Source: Vulcanimicrobiota bacterium (GTDB taxonomy: Bacteria; Vulcanimicrobiota; Vulcanimicrobiia; Vulcanimicrobiales; Vulcanimicrobiaceae). Taken from it: DNA of 64,000 bases. A program made the position numbers and the translations under genes. How positions within the stretch are numbered: position 1 is the stretch's first letter; each line of letters opens with the position of its first letter. The DNA is taken from NCBI GenBank assembly GCA_963714015.1, contig OY970223.1, positions 672,001 to 736,000 on the forward strand, read 5' to 3'. The notes under the pieces are model-generated. The model was not told where the DNA came from, did not search any database, and saw nothing but the letters and a program-made list of their open reading frames with translations. Of the stretch, positions 49,346 through 59,968 are shown in pieces.

Positions 49346-50140
49346 CTGTCGCGAATCATCGCGCTCGTCAATCAAAAAGGCGGAGTCGGCAAGAGCACCA
49401 CTACGGTGAATTTGGGCGCCGCGCTGGCAGTTCTCGGCAAGAACGTTCTGGTCGTCGATCTCGATCCGCAAGGCAATACGTCTACCGGACTGGGCATCAA
49501 CAAATCCGAGCTCAAGCGCGACGTTTACGACCTGCTGATGCATCATGCCTCGATCGACGAAGTGCTTCGTCCCACCGAAATCGACAATCTCCATATCATT
49601 CCCGCGACGATCAATCTTGCAGGCGCGGAGATCGAATTGGTGTCGGCCCTCTCGCGCGAAAACCGCTTAAAAGGCGTGCTGGCGACGATCGCGGACAACT
49701 ATGATTTCGTGCTGATCGATTGCCCTCCGTCGCTGGGATTACTTACAATCAACGCGCTGACCGCAGCGCACGATGTGATCATTCCGGTGCAGGCCGAGTA
49801 CTACGCGCTCGAAGGACTCTCGCAACTCACCAACGTCGTGCGGCGCGTTCAGGACGCGCTCAATCCAAAGCTTCACGTCAGCGGCGTGCTGGTAACGATG
49901 TTCGACGGCCGAACCAAGCTCGCCATGGAAGTGCTGGACGAACTAAACGCGTACTTTCCGCGCCAGATGTTCAAGACGCAGATTCCACGCAACGTGCGCC
50001 TCTCGGAGGCTCCCTCGTTCGGCAAACCCGTGATCCTCTTCGACCTCAAATCCCGGGGCGCTCAAGCCTACATGTCTCTGGCTAAGGAGATGCTCGAAGC
50101 TTACGGCGCAGTGCGCGAGCCGCGCGCCTTCGCGCAGTGA
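49346..50140 (+). CDS. parA: ParA/Soj partition ATPase (probable CTG start)
   Basis: IALVNQKGGVGKSTT lies upstream of the listed ORF start; DLDPQGN, IDCPPSLGLLT.NAL, IPRNVRLSEAPSFG. Confidence 0.95.
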   Translation: MSRIIALVNQKGGVGKSTTTVNLGAALAVLGKNVLVVDLDPQGNTSTGLGINKSELKRDVYDLLMHHASIDEVLRPTEIDNLHIIPATINLAGAEIELVSALSRENRLKGVLATIADNYDFVLIDCPPSLGLLTINALTAAHDVIIPVQAEYYALEGLSQLTNVVRRVQDALNPKLHVSGVLVTMFDGRTKLAMEVLDELNAYFPRQMFKTQIPRNVRLSEAPSFGKPVILFDLKSRGAQAYMSLAKEMLEAYGAVREPRAFAQ

Positions 50141-51013
50141 GCAGCCCGCCGAAACGTGGTCTGGGACGTGGGCTGGGAGCGCTGCTCGGCGAGGGTCCCG
50201 TGCCCACCGCGCCCCGTCCGCCGGCGGAAGACGCCGTCCGCCAAATCGGCGTCGATCGCATCCGCCCCAATCCCAACCAACCGCGCAAGATCTTCAATGC
50301 CCAAGCGCTCGACGAACTGAAAGCCTCCATTTCCGAGCACGGAGTGCTCGTTCCGATCCTCGTGCGTGAACTGGCCGAAGGTTACGAACTGATTGCCGGG
50401 GAGCGCCGCTGGCGGGCGTGCGCCGCTCTGCAGCGCGCGGCGATTCCGGCGATCGTGCGCCCCAGCACGGACCGCGAAAGTTTGGAAGTCGCAATCATCG
50501 AGAATCTGCAGCGCGAAAACCTGAATCCGCTCGAAGAGGCCGCCGGCATCGCGCAGCTCATTGAAGCACATGCATTCACGCAGGAGGAGGTTGCCCAACG
50601 GCTGGGCCGCAGCCGCCCCTCGGTAAGCAATTCCCTTCGGTTGCTCTCGTTGCCGGAAGCCATTAAGGCCCTCGTCGCGGCCGGTCAGCTCAGCGGCGCG
50701 CACGCGCGCACACTGCTCGCCGCTCCCGAAAACGCACGATTGGAGCTTGCAAAGCGCATTGCCGCCGAAGGCCTCTCCGTTCGGGCACTCGAGAAGATCG
50801 TCGAGGCGCTCTCGGCGCCGCATCCGTTGCGCAAGAACGTCGTAAAGGCACCCGCACTTTCGGCCGAAGACCGCGACTTTGAAGGCCGCATGCGGATCAA
50901 GTACGGCGCCCACGTTTCGCTGCGGCGCAGCGGGGCCGCAGGCAGCATCGAGATCAAATATTCGAGCGAATCGGATTTGATACGCATCGCCGAGTCTGCT
51001 GTTGGGAGAATAA
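50137..51013 (+). CDS. parB: ParB/Spo0J partition protein (probable indel ~50996)
   Basis: GLGRGLGALL, NPNQPRK, IAGERRWRA, IENLQRENLNPLEEA, SRPSVSNSLRLL; alternative-frame ending LLLGE-stop at 51013. Confidence 0.93.
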
Positions 51014-51015
51014 TC

Positions 51016-51189
51016 CTGGTCCCGCTGCAACGCGTCCTCGCACTGCTGATGGCGGGCGTCTTCATCTTCGCGTTCCTGGTGCCGCTGGCGCTGGCGCGTC
51101 ACGCGTATCCTCTGATCGTCGCCCTCGTTGCGTTCTTCATCGTGTATTTGGCCGTGAATGCTTGGATATGGAAACGGATGCGATCGTAG
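51016..51189 (+). CDS. Small two-TM membrane protein
   Basis: Hydrophobic tail of ORF 50137-51189; GGGAG SD 7 nt before CTG 51016. Confidence 0.45.
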   Translation: MVPLQRVLALLMAGVFIFAFLVPLALARHAYPLIVALVAFFIVYLAVNAWIWKRMRS

Positions 51190-51797
51190 CGCGCCTCACC
51201 GGAATCTATGCAATCCTCAACGAGGGGCCGGCCGATCCGGTCGCGCTGGGCGCACAAGTGCTTGCAGGCGGCGTGCGGATTCTGCAATATCGCGCAAAGA
51301 GCGGGTTGGTTCCGAATCACGCACGCGCGCTTCGGCGCCTCACGCGCGAACACCACGCCCTCTTGATCCTGAACGACGACTGGCGCGCCGTCGAACCGTT
51401 CGAGGCGGATGGGGTTCACATCGGACCGGAAGATGCCGCGCCCGAGCAGCTCGCGGACATCCGCGCGGCAATGGACGGCCGAATCTTGGGCATTTCATGC
51501 GGCACCGCGCAAGAGGCCAATGCGGCCCAGTGGGCCGGCGCAGACTACATCGGCGCGGGGTGCGTCTTTGCGACGCAATCGAAGGCCGACGCAGGCGAAC
51601 CGATCGGCATTCCCGGGCTGCGGCGAATTGCGGAAGCGACACCTTTGCCGGTCGCTGCCATCGGTGGTATAACGGCGGAAAATTTGTGGGAGGTTCGACG
51701 TACGGGCGTCGCGATGGCGGCGGTAATCTCCGCGATCTCCGCTGGTGCCGATCCGCTTGCCGCCGCGTCCGCGCTGGTTTGGGCTTGGAACGAATAA
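51168..51797 (+). CDS. thiE: Thiamine-phosphate synthase
   Basis: LQYRAK, LILNDD, ADGVHIG.ED, GADYIG.G.VF.T.SK, AIGGIT. Confidence 0.92.
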   Translation: METDAIVARLTGIYAILNEGPADPVALGAQVLAGGVRILQYRAKSGLVPNHARALRRLTREHHALLILNDDWRAVEPFEADGVHIGPEDAAPEQLADIRAAMDGRILGISCGTAQEANAAQWAGADYIGAGCVFATQSKADAGEPIGIPGLRRIAEATPLPVAAIGGITAENLWEVRRTGVAMAAVISAISAGADPLAAASALVWAWNE

Positions 51798-52557
51798 CTC
51801 TGCCGCTCCTCGTCTCGATCGGCACGACGCACCCCTGGAATATCGCCGGCGTCGGGCTAGATGCGCACGTCGCCGCGGAGTACGGCGTTTCTCATGCTTC
51901 GGCGATCGTCGCGGTGAGCGCGCAAGACGCCGGCGGAGTGCACGCGCTGCAGGCGATCGACGTCGACGTCGTGCGCGCGCAGCTGAGAACGCTGCCTGAG
52001 GGAATCGGTGCGTTCTGCATCGGCGCGCTCGTATCGAGTGAAATCGTGCGTACCGTGGTAAGCTATCTGCGCAGCGCCGAGGGCGTTCCGATCGTGGTCG
52101 ATCCGGTGTTCGTCGCATCGCTGGGCGGATCGCTCGCGCGCGATGCAGATCTTCCGGCGACGCTGCGCGACGAATTGATTGCGCTCGGCGTAATCGTCAC
52201 GCCGAATCTGCACGAAGCGCAGACTGCTTTTGGGAACGCACGTGCGCAACGACCGCGAAATGCTCGACGCCGCTCGGCAGTTGGTTCAGCGCAGGCGCGC
52301 GCGCAGCGATCGTGACCGGCGGTCATCTGCCGGCCGATCCCGTCGACATTCTGTTCGGCGATGCACGGGAAGCGCGCTTCGGGGGACCACGTTTGCCGGG
52401 TTCGATGCGCGGAACCGGCTCGACGTTTGCCGCTGCGCTATCCTGCGAATTGCTTCGCGATAACGACGTGCATCGTGCGGCCGCCGCAGCACATGCGTAC
52501 GTACGCGAGAAAATCGCGAAAGGGACGACGCGCGGCGGCTTGCAGGTCGCCTTCTAA
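51785..52557 (+). CDS. thiD: Hydroxymethylpyrimidine/phosphomethylpyrimidine kinase-like (frameshifts ~52228 and ~52295)
   Basis: AGVGLD, VSAQ, VVDPV, VTPNLHEA, TGGH, RGTGSTFAAA; follows thiE. Confidence 0.8.
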
Positions 52558-52582
52558 AACGCGTGCAAACGGGAGCGTTCTC

Positions 52583-53581
52583 ATGATGACCGCCAAACCC
52601 CGAGTCATGTCGGGCATGCGCCCGACCGGGCAGCTGCACATCGGCCATTATTTCGGCGTGCTCAAGCAGTGGGTCGACTACTGCAACACTGCGGACGCTT
52701 TTTTCGAGATCGCCGATCTGCATGCGTATACGACGGGGTTTGCAAATCCGCAAGTGATTCGCAGCGCGCGCAACGAGATGGTCGTCGACTGGCTGGCCGC
52801 CGGGGTCGATCCGCAGCGGTCGACGTTCTTTCTGCAGTCCGGCATTCCGGAAATCTCGGAGCTGCAAGTGTTGCTGGGCATGATCTCTCCGGTCTCGTGG
52901 CTCGAGCGCGTGCCGACGTACAAGGGCCAGATCGAAGCGCTCGGCCAGGAGATCGCGACGTACGGATTTCTGGGTTATCCGCTGCTGCAGCTCTGCGATA
53001 TCGCGGCCTTCCGCGGGCAAGAGGTTCCCGTCGGCCGCGATCAAGTGGCGCATCTGGAGTTTGGGCGCGAGGTGGTGCGCCGCTTCAATTACCTCTACGG
53101 CGAAGGCGAGCAGGTGCTGACGGAACCGAAGGCCATGGTCCTGGAGGACGCCGCCGAAGTGCCGGGCACGGACGGACGCAAGATGAGCAAGTCTTACGAC
53201 AACACGATACTGCTCGCCGACGACGAGGCGGCGACGACCCAAAAGATTCGCTCGATGATTACCGATCCGCAGAAGATCCGGCGCAACGATCCCGGCCATC
53301 CGGAGATCTGTTCCATCTTCGCGCTTTGGAAGCTGGTCAAGCCGCAGCACGTTCCGCTGGTCGACCGCGATTGCCGATCCGGCGCCCTGGGTTGCGTCCA
53401 GGACAAAGGCGATCTTGCTGAAGCGCTCAATGCCTATCTTCGTCCGATTCGGGAACGCCGCGCCCAGATCGCGGCGGACGTCGCGCAAGTTGAAGCCATT
53501 GTTGCGGAGGGCACCGCTCGGGCACGTGAAGCGGCGATAGAAACGATGGCCGACGTTCGGCGGGCTATGCGGTTGATATGA
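52583..53581 (+). CDS. trpS: Tryptophan-tRNA ligase
   Basis: SGMRPTG.LHIGH, IADLHA, YPLLQ..DI, VPVGRDQ, KMSKS. Confidence 0.96.
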   Translation: MMTAKPRVMSGMRPTGQLHIGHYFGVLKQWVDYCNTADAFFEIADLHAYTTGFANPQVIRSARNEMVVDWLAAGVDPQRSTFFLQSGIPEISELQVLLGMISPVSWLERVPTYKGQIEALGQEIATYGFLGYPLLQLCDIAAFRGQEVPVGRDQVAHLEFGREVVRRFNYLYGEGEQVLTEPKAMVLEDAAEVPGTDGRKMSKSYDNTILLADDEAATTQKIRSMITDPQKIRRNDPGHPEICSIFALWKLVKPQHVPLVDRDCRSGALGCVQDKGDLAEALNAYLRPIRERRAQIAADVAQVEAIVAEGTARAREAAIETMADVRRAMRLI

Positions 53582-54450
53582 ACGATCGCGTCGCTGCACT
53601 CGAGCAGCTGGTGGAACTGGCGCGCGGTCTTGCGCGCGACGACTTTGCGGTCGGCCAGATGTGCCGCCGGGTTTACGACTACACGCGCTCGCTGCTCGAC
53701 GTCCGCGTATTTCACGTCTCGATAGCGGCCGAAGATGGAACGCTGCAGCCCGAATACCATGTCGTGGACGGGAATGAAACCTACGCCGAACACACGCCGG
53801 CACGGGAAGAGATGACCGCCTTTCCCCTGCGGCACGGCGATCGCGAGGTGGGGGTCGTGCTGCTGCAGGCGGATGCGGAGAAGGTGTACGAGGCTGCGAC
53901 CGACCTGGAGGCTGCAATGGACTTCTTCGCGCTGGCCATTGCGAGCGTACATCGCCTGCGCGCGACCGAACGGCGCATCGATCGCGACAGTTTGACTAAT
54001 CTCTACAATCGAAACTACGGCGTGCGCCGTTTGCAGGAAGAACTCCAGCGGGCGGCTCGCGCCGGCACGCAAGTCTGCACGCTGATCGTAGACGTCGACG
54101 GCGTCGACGAGCTCAATACCAAGTATGGCCACCAAACGGGTGACAGCGCAATCCGTACCGCCGGCGATGCGCTCAAGTCGATCTGCCGCCACTCGGACGT
54201 ATTGTGCCGTTACGCCGGCGATCGATTCTTGTTGATCTACTCCGATTTCGCGGGCGACGATCCGTCGCCCGTGGCAAAGCGCGTACGCACGCAAATCGAA
54301 ATGCGGGTATTGCCCGTACCCGGAGGAGCCATCGGCTTAAAAGCGTCGATCGGCGCCGTCATCGGCGCGGACGGTATCGACGCAAACGCGCTGATTCAGC
54401 AGACCGAACGCGACCTACTTCGAGAGAAAACCGAACGCCGCCGCCGCTAG
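53578..54450 (+). CDS. GAF-like + degenerate GGDEF domain protein
   Basis: DSLTNLYNR, D.D....NTKYGHQTGD, RHSD I-site, RYAGDRF in place of RxGGDEF, ASIG. Confidence 0.85.
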   Translation: MNDRVAALEQLVELARGLARDDFAVGQMCRRVYDYTRSLLDVRVFHVSIAAEDGTLQPEYHVVDGNETYAEHTPAREEMTAFPLRHGDREVGVVLLQADAEKVYEAATDLEAAMDFFALAIASVHRLRATERRIDRDSLTNLYNRNYGVRRLQEELQRAARAGTQVCTLIVDVDGVDELNTKYGHQTGDSAIRTAGDALKSICRHSDVLCRYAGDRFLLIYSDFAGDDPSPVAKRVRTQIEMRVLPVPGGAIGLKASIGAVIGADGIDANALIQQTERDLLREKTERRRR

Positions 54451-54947
54451 GGGTGCCTTACCGGCGCTGCGTGCACCACCGCCGGTGCATAATGCAGCAT
54501 CATCCGCGGCATGGGCCGTACGGCCGGCTCGATCCGGCGGACCGGCATAGGAACCGGGCGCGTCACCGGTGCGGACCGGTGCGTGCTGAGGTCTTGAATC
54601 GGCGGCTGCGCTTCGTTCCAGTCCGGAACGCACTTGCCGCCGGGGCCGCGAGTCTGCGGGACGCTCACGAACACCGTATTCGCTCCGAAGTTCTGCGAGC
54701 CGACAAGCATCGGGTAAGGCCGGCACTCGTCCGGGAGTAAGCCGTTTGCCAGCTGATGGCAAATGCACCCCATCTGCGCGGCCGCCTCGTTTGTCTGCAA
54801 TGCGCACTGTCCTGGTTGCAGGCCAAGCGTTTCCACAGGCGCCGATGCGTAACGCTGAAAGCCGTAGGTCAGGCTGGGGCAGCCGGTGGCCGCCGCGCAC
54901 GTCCCGGCGGCGGCGAGAAAGGCTAACACGGTCAAGAGCACGCGCAT
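54447..54947 (-). CDS. Secreted Cys-rich, Pro-rich-tail hypothetical protein
   Basis: AGGAGG SD; signal peptide MRVLLTVLAFLAAAG; 6 Cys in the mature part. Confidence 0.6.
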   Translation of the reverse strand: MRVLLTVLAFLAAAGTCAAATGCPSLTYGFQRYASAPVETLGLQPGQCALQTNEAAAQMGCICHQLANGLLPDECRPYPMLVGSQNFGANTVFVSVPQTRGPGGKCVPDWNEAQPPIQDLSTHRSAPVTRPVPMPVRRIEPAVRPMPRMMLHYAPAVVHAAPVRHP

Positions 54948-55009
54948 GGACGGACCCCTCCTACAGCCATTTAACCTTGCGCGCCCCACCTTAAGCAACC
55001 CTGTGCGGT

Positions 55010-56200
55010 CTAAGCGCTGAACCGGGGGATGTATTTCTGCAACTGCGCGGTCGCGTAGTCGATGTCTTCGAGCGAGGCCGCGTACGAGAAGCGCAGGTAG
55101 CCTTTTCCGGCAGCGCCGAAAGCGGAGCCGCCTAGACACGCCACGCCGCCTTCCTGCAGCAAGAACGCCGCGAGCCCCTTGTCGTCCGACGTTACCTTCG
55201 AGACGTTGGGGAAGGCATAGAACGCGCCTTCCGGCATCGTGCACGAGACGTTCGGAATCGCGTTCAGCCCGTTGACGAGATGGTCGCGGCGTTGACGGAA
55301 CGTTTCGTTCATCTTGCGCACCGGTTCGTCGGGCCCCAGAAGCGCGGCGATTCCGGCATGCTGTACGAAGACGGGCGTGCACGAGAACGTGTTGTTGTTG
55401 AACAAGGTGACGATTTTGGCGATCGGCGCCGCCATGATCGCGTAACCCAGGCGCCAGCCCGTCATCGCGTACGCTTTCGAAAAGCCGTCGACGATGATGG
55501 TGCGCTCGCGCATCCCCGGAATCGTGACGATGGACGCAAACTCGTTCTCGTAAAAATTGCGGCTGTAGATCTCGTCCGCGATCACCAGGAAATCGTGTTT
55601 CTGCGCGAGGGCTGCGATGCGCTCCAAATCGCCGCGGGTCAAGACGCCGCCGGTTGGATTGTGCGGCGAGTTGATCATGATCGCTCGAGTCTTATCGGAA
55701 ACGCGGCGCTCGAGTTCGTCCAGATCCATTCGCCAGTTGCGTGACTCGTGCAGCGGAATGGGCGTAACCTTCGCGCCCAGGTAACTCGAGCACGACGCGT
55801 ATGCCGGATACGCCGGGTCGAAGTAGATGAACTCGTCGCCGGGGTTGAGGATCGCGCTCAAAATGTTCCAAATGATCGGCTTCGCTCCGGGTGACACCAC
55901 GACGTTCTCGGCGGCGAATGGCTCGACGCCGCGAAATTTCGCCGCGTAATCGGCGATCACGTCGCGCAGTTCCAGTATGCCGGCGGACGGAGAGTAATGC
56001 GTGTTGTTTTCGCGGATCGATTTGATGCCCGCTTCCTTGATATGATCCGGCGTGTCGAAATCCGGTTCGCCGATCTCCATGTGCACGACGCGTTTACCTT
56101 GCGCTTGCAGCGCGCGTGCGCGAGCAAGAACTTCAAACGCGCTTTCGGATCCGAGGCGCGAGACGGCATCGGCAATGCGATCGACATTGGTTGCGAGCAT
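55010..56200 (-). CDS. PLP-dependent class I/II aminotransferase (aspartate aminotransferase-like)
   Basis: IGEPDFDTP, INSPHNPTG, IADEIY, GFSKAYAMTGWRLGY, PEGAFYAFP, YLRFSYA. Confidence 0.93.
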   Translation of the reverse strand: MLATNVDRIADAVSRLGSESAFEVLARARALQAQGKRVVHMEIGEPDFDTPDHIKEAGIKSIRENNTHYSPSAGILELRDVIADYAAKFRGVEPFAAENVVVSPGAKPIIWNILSAILNPGDEFIYFDPAYPAYASCSSYLGAKVTPIPLHESRNWRMDLDELERRVSDKTRAIMINSPHNPTGGVLTRGDLERIAALAQKHDFLVIADEIYSRNFYENEFASIVTIPGMRERTIIVDGFSKAYAMTGWRLGYAIMAAPIAKIVTLFNNNTFSCTPVFVQHAGIAALLGPDEPVRKMNETFRQRRDHLVNGLNAIPNVSCTMPEGAFYAFPNVSKVTSDDKGLAAFLLQEGGVACLGGSAFGAAGKGYLRFSYAASLEDIDYATAQLQKYIPRFSA

Positions 56201-56220
56201 CGAGTGTTAAACCTTTCGCG

Positions 56221-56237
56221 GTGTCAGAATTGTGTCA
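56221..56237. promoter_or_regulatory. Direct repeat GTGTCA-N5-GTGTCA (OmpR/PhoB-type box)
   Basis: 11-bp period in the 77-bp divergent gap between the aminotransferase and the DUF11 gene. Confidence 0.45.
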
Positions 56238-56277
56238 AGGGGCCGCTAAGCCCGTGGCGAAGTGTGCCCCGACAATC

Positions 56278-59200
56278 ATGCGCACCCTTACGGACGTTTT
56301 TACGCCGGGAGCACCGACAATACCCGAGGGACTTCGGACCCTCATCGTTTCGCCCGAACGCGAGTTGGAACCTGGAATGACGGTGCGTGCGACCTTCACG
56401 TTCCGAAACCAAGGCGGCGCAACCGCGACGGGCGTGCGGGTAAAGTTCAATCTTCCCGAAGGTTTGGTTTATCTCGTCGGCAGCGGCCAGTGCGACGGCA
56501 CGGCGCTCGATGACGAACAAGGTAACTCGCCGCTGCTTGCGCGGGCCGGCGCCGACATCGGCGACGTTGCGGCCGGTGAAGAGCGGCGCATCGACATCGC
56601 ATATAGCGTCGCAGGCGCGATCGAAAATGGTTCGACCGCGGAACTTCAAGCCGCCCTCGCTGCCTTCGAGCTTCCGCCGGCCGGCTCGAACATCGTACGC
56701 CTGGTTGCTCGCAGCCGTCCCGCGCTGGAAAACGCGCTCACCAACATCGCGATCGAATCGCGCTCGAACGAGCCGCGCCCCGGCGCTGATGCGACGGTCA
56801 CGCTGCGTATCCACAATGCCGGCGAGTCCAGCGCCCACGACGTCGTGGTCGTTGCGCCGATTCCGGAAAATACGGAATACGTTCCGAACTCGCTGCGGCT
56901 GAACGGCCGCGAGTTCGAACGCGAACTGCCTGCGCCGTTCGATCGCGTGCACGCGCCCGTCGTCATGCCGGCGCTGCCGGCCAGCGCAACGGTCACGCTG
57001 CAGTATCGCGTGCGCATCGAGGACCCGCTCCCTGATGGAACGCCCATCGTGGTCCGCGCTCAGATCGCTTCGCAAGAGACGGCGGCATTCGAGCTGAAGC
57101 CTTCGGCACTAACAATCCGGGCTCGCGCGGATTTCGAAGGTGAGCGCACTGCGCTGGAGATCGAACCGGCCAAAGAGGTCGCACCCGGATCGCACGTCGT
57201 CGTGCGCCTGCGCGCATACAACGCCGGAACGACCGCTGCGCAGAATGCGATCGCGACTTTGTCGTTTCCCGAAGGGCTGATTCCCGTACGCGGTGCGACG
57301 CGCATCGACGGCGCGCCGGTGCGCGAACGCAAGAAAGATCCGACGACCTTCGATCTCGGTGCCATTCCGGCACGCGGCGCCGCCGAGCTCGTTGCCGAGG
57401 CAACCGTTGCATCGCCCATGCCCGCAACTGCGCTTACTATCGGAGCGGTGCTGCGCTGGGACGGCGCGAGCGGCTCCGAGCAACCCGCGCAGCGCCACTT
57501 CGAGCAAACGGTCTCGGTGGATGCGCGTCCGTATTTGAACCCGCGTCGCAACAGCGTCGAGCGCAGCGGCAACGCAGTCGTGCATCCCGCCGACGAGTGC
57601 GAGGCCGTCGTCACCATCGTCAACGACGGAAGCGCTGCGGCGACCGATGCCGTGCTGCATCTGTCGATCGATCCCGGACTGGACGATCTGCGCGTGCTGG
57701 ACAAAAACGCGCGGCTGCCGGTAGACAACAACTCCGTGGAACTGGGCGACGTCGAACCTTACGGTGCACGCCGTCTGACGATACGCGCTACCGTTCGCAC
57801 GCCGTATCCCGATCGCAGCGATCTGCGGCTGGGCGCCGCGCTTCACACGCAGGAGCTCGGCGAGTCGCCGATCGGGCAGGTCGATTGGCGGGTCGACTCG
57901 CATCCGGCATTTTCCGGTCAGAGCTCGGGATTAACGCTCGTTCAAGACGACGTATTCCGCCCCAATCAGCTCGTCGACGTGTACGTGAGGCTGCGCAACG
58001 AAGGCACGGACACCGCACAGAACGTACGGCTGCGCTTGTACATCTCACCCGAGGCGCGGCTCGAAACGGTCGAAGGCGCCACTCGCGAGCGATCGACGCT
58101 GCTTTTCGGCGAGATCGGTCCCGGCGCGAGCGCCGAAGCGCGGCTCGGCGTTCGGCTGCTGCGCAGTTTGGCCAAGGCGCATCCGGTGACGATCGACTCG
58201 GTGATCAGCGCCGACGCGATGCTGCCCGTGCAGCTTTCCGCGGCGACGATCGTCACCGCAGCCGAACCAAACTTCAGCATCGGAACGCTGCGCACGCTGC
58301 CCGAAGAAATCGCCGACGCGGGCGACGAGATAGAATTCGTCCTGCACGTGCGTAACAGCGGCGACGGCCCCGCGCGCCGCGTGCGCATCGGCGTGCCGGT
58401 ACTCGACTCGCTGATCTACGTTCCCAACAGTTGCACGGTGAACGATCTGCCGGTTCGCGACGTCGGCGCGCAGTCGCCGCTCTCGAGCGAGCGCGGCCTC
58501 ATCATGACGGACGTCGATCCCGGAATCGAGGCGACCATTCGCTGGCGGGAGGTCGTGCACAACGGTTTGGCATCGGGTGAAAGCATCGTGCGGACCGCAT
58601 TCGTCGCGTACGACGGCGACCGCGTGGACGAGATCGCCGCACCCGAGCTGAAAGTGCGCTGCGCGCCGGCGTTCGCGAATACGATTTCGGGGTTGCCTTT
58701 CGGCGTTGACGGCATGCTGGGACCGGCATTCGGGTCATCAGCGCGCGCTGACCGGCAGCGACGACCGTTTCCTGGAGTTACCGCCGGCAACGCCGGTGAC
58801 GCGCGGCGAGATCGCGTCGTCCGCCGTACTCTCGCTGGCGCCGAGTTCGAACGGCAACGGACACGCGCACGAACCGAACGAACGCGGATGGATACAACCG
58901 GCCGACGGCGTGACGGTCGTCGCCGTATTCGATCGCGATCGTCTGGATCGCGCGCTGCGGTTTTTGGGTGAAGCGCGTTTCGGCGGTTTGGTTTCGCACC
59001 TGTTTGCGGTCCGCGCGTTCTTTCCCGATACGGCGGGCGCGCAGGATCAGCAGACGCTGCGCGAGGTGCGGGAAACGCTGCGCGAAACGCTGGACCGGCT
59101 CTTCATCAAACTGCGTTTGCCGGGATACACCATTGCGCCGCGCGATTTGGAGAATGCGGCGGCGCGCGCGGCGCTGCAGTCGCTCGTCGCTTCACTGCAG

Positions 59201-59518
59201 CCTTCGGATGAGCTCGCGGATCCGGCCGGAAGCATCGTTTTGCGGGGGAACTTCGACGTGCGCGAGATGCGAGCGCTCGGCGAGCGTTTGGACTCCGCCG
59301 CACTTGCAACGGCATTGCCCTGGGCCATTCTGGCGCGCTTCATTCCGGGCGAAGGCGATGCGCTGCAGAATTACCGCGACATGCTGATCGCTTCGCTTGA
59401 CGATCTTGCAGGCGTCGACGAAGGATCTTTCGTCGACGCGCTTCAGCGACGGCCGTATCCCGTGTTGGACGCGGCGCTCGACGTCGTGCGGGCGCAGTTC
59501 GCAAATCTGCGTACGTGA
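56278..59518 (+). CDS. Large 6x DUF11-like repeat protein with helical C-terminal domain, paralog A (frameshift ~58740)
   Basis: Six PG....(T/V)...N.G...A..V.....P...Y..S repeats; no signal peptide; ORFs 56116-58971 and 58706-59518. Confidence 0.75.
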
Positions 59519-59919
59519 CGCCCGTCTACGTCGTTCTTGCGGCGATCTTTCTTGCCGGCGTACTGATAGGACTGTATGCCTGGATGGCGCCACGGCGCGT
59601 CGCAATCGAGCCCGAACCGCCCCCCTCCGCCCAGCCGTTCAAACCCAATCTTAGCTGGACGACCGAAGCGGGCGACGAGTTCGCGGGCTTAACGGAATCT
59701 GCACGCTGCGATTTGATCTTCGCGGTCGCGGATCTTCGCGACGAGCGTTCCGAACAGTTGCTCGTGCACGCGCTGGACGATCCATCCGACGCCGTGGCTC
59801 TCGCTGCGGCTCACGCGCTCGCGCGGCGCGGCGAAACAGCAGCCGTTAACGACTATGCCGAGCGTCATCCGGGGGAACGGGCGGATCGCATCGTCGCCAC
59901 GCTGGCTTTACTGGATTAG
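59515..59919 (+). CDS. Membrane-anchored HEAT-repeat-like protein, paralog A
   Basis: N-terminal TM; LLVHALDDPSDAVALAAAHALARRG; GTGA overlap with the upstream gene. Confidence 0.7.
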   Translation: MTPVYVVLAAIFLAGVLIGLYAWMAPRRVAIEPEPPPSAQPFKPNLSWTTEAGDEFAGLTESARCDLIFAVADLRDERSEQLLVHALDDPSDAVALAAAHALARRGETAAVNDYAERHPGERADRIVATLALLD

Positions 59920-59968
59920 AACAAGGAAGCGCAGGTTGAGTCCGAGCGCGTAGGGAAGTCCAATCTCC

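Noticed and set aside
50137..51189. ParB with a C-terminal transmembrane extension
   Set aside because: An alternative frame gives a normal ending (LLLGE-stop at 51013) and the TM part has its own SD; likely an indel, though reads should be checked
51158..52315. 385-aa ORF as a ThiE-ThiD fusion
   Set aside because: The first part is off-frame to thiE; ThiD-like sequence begins only near 51785
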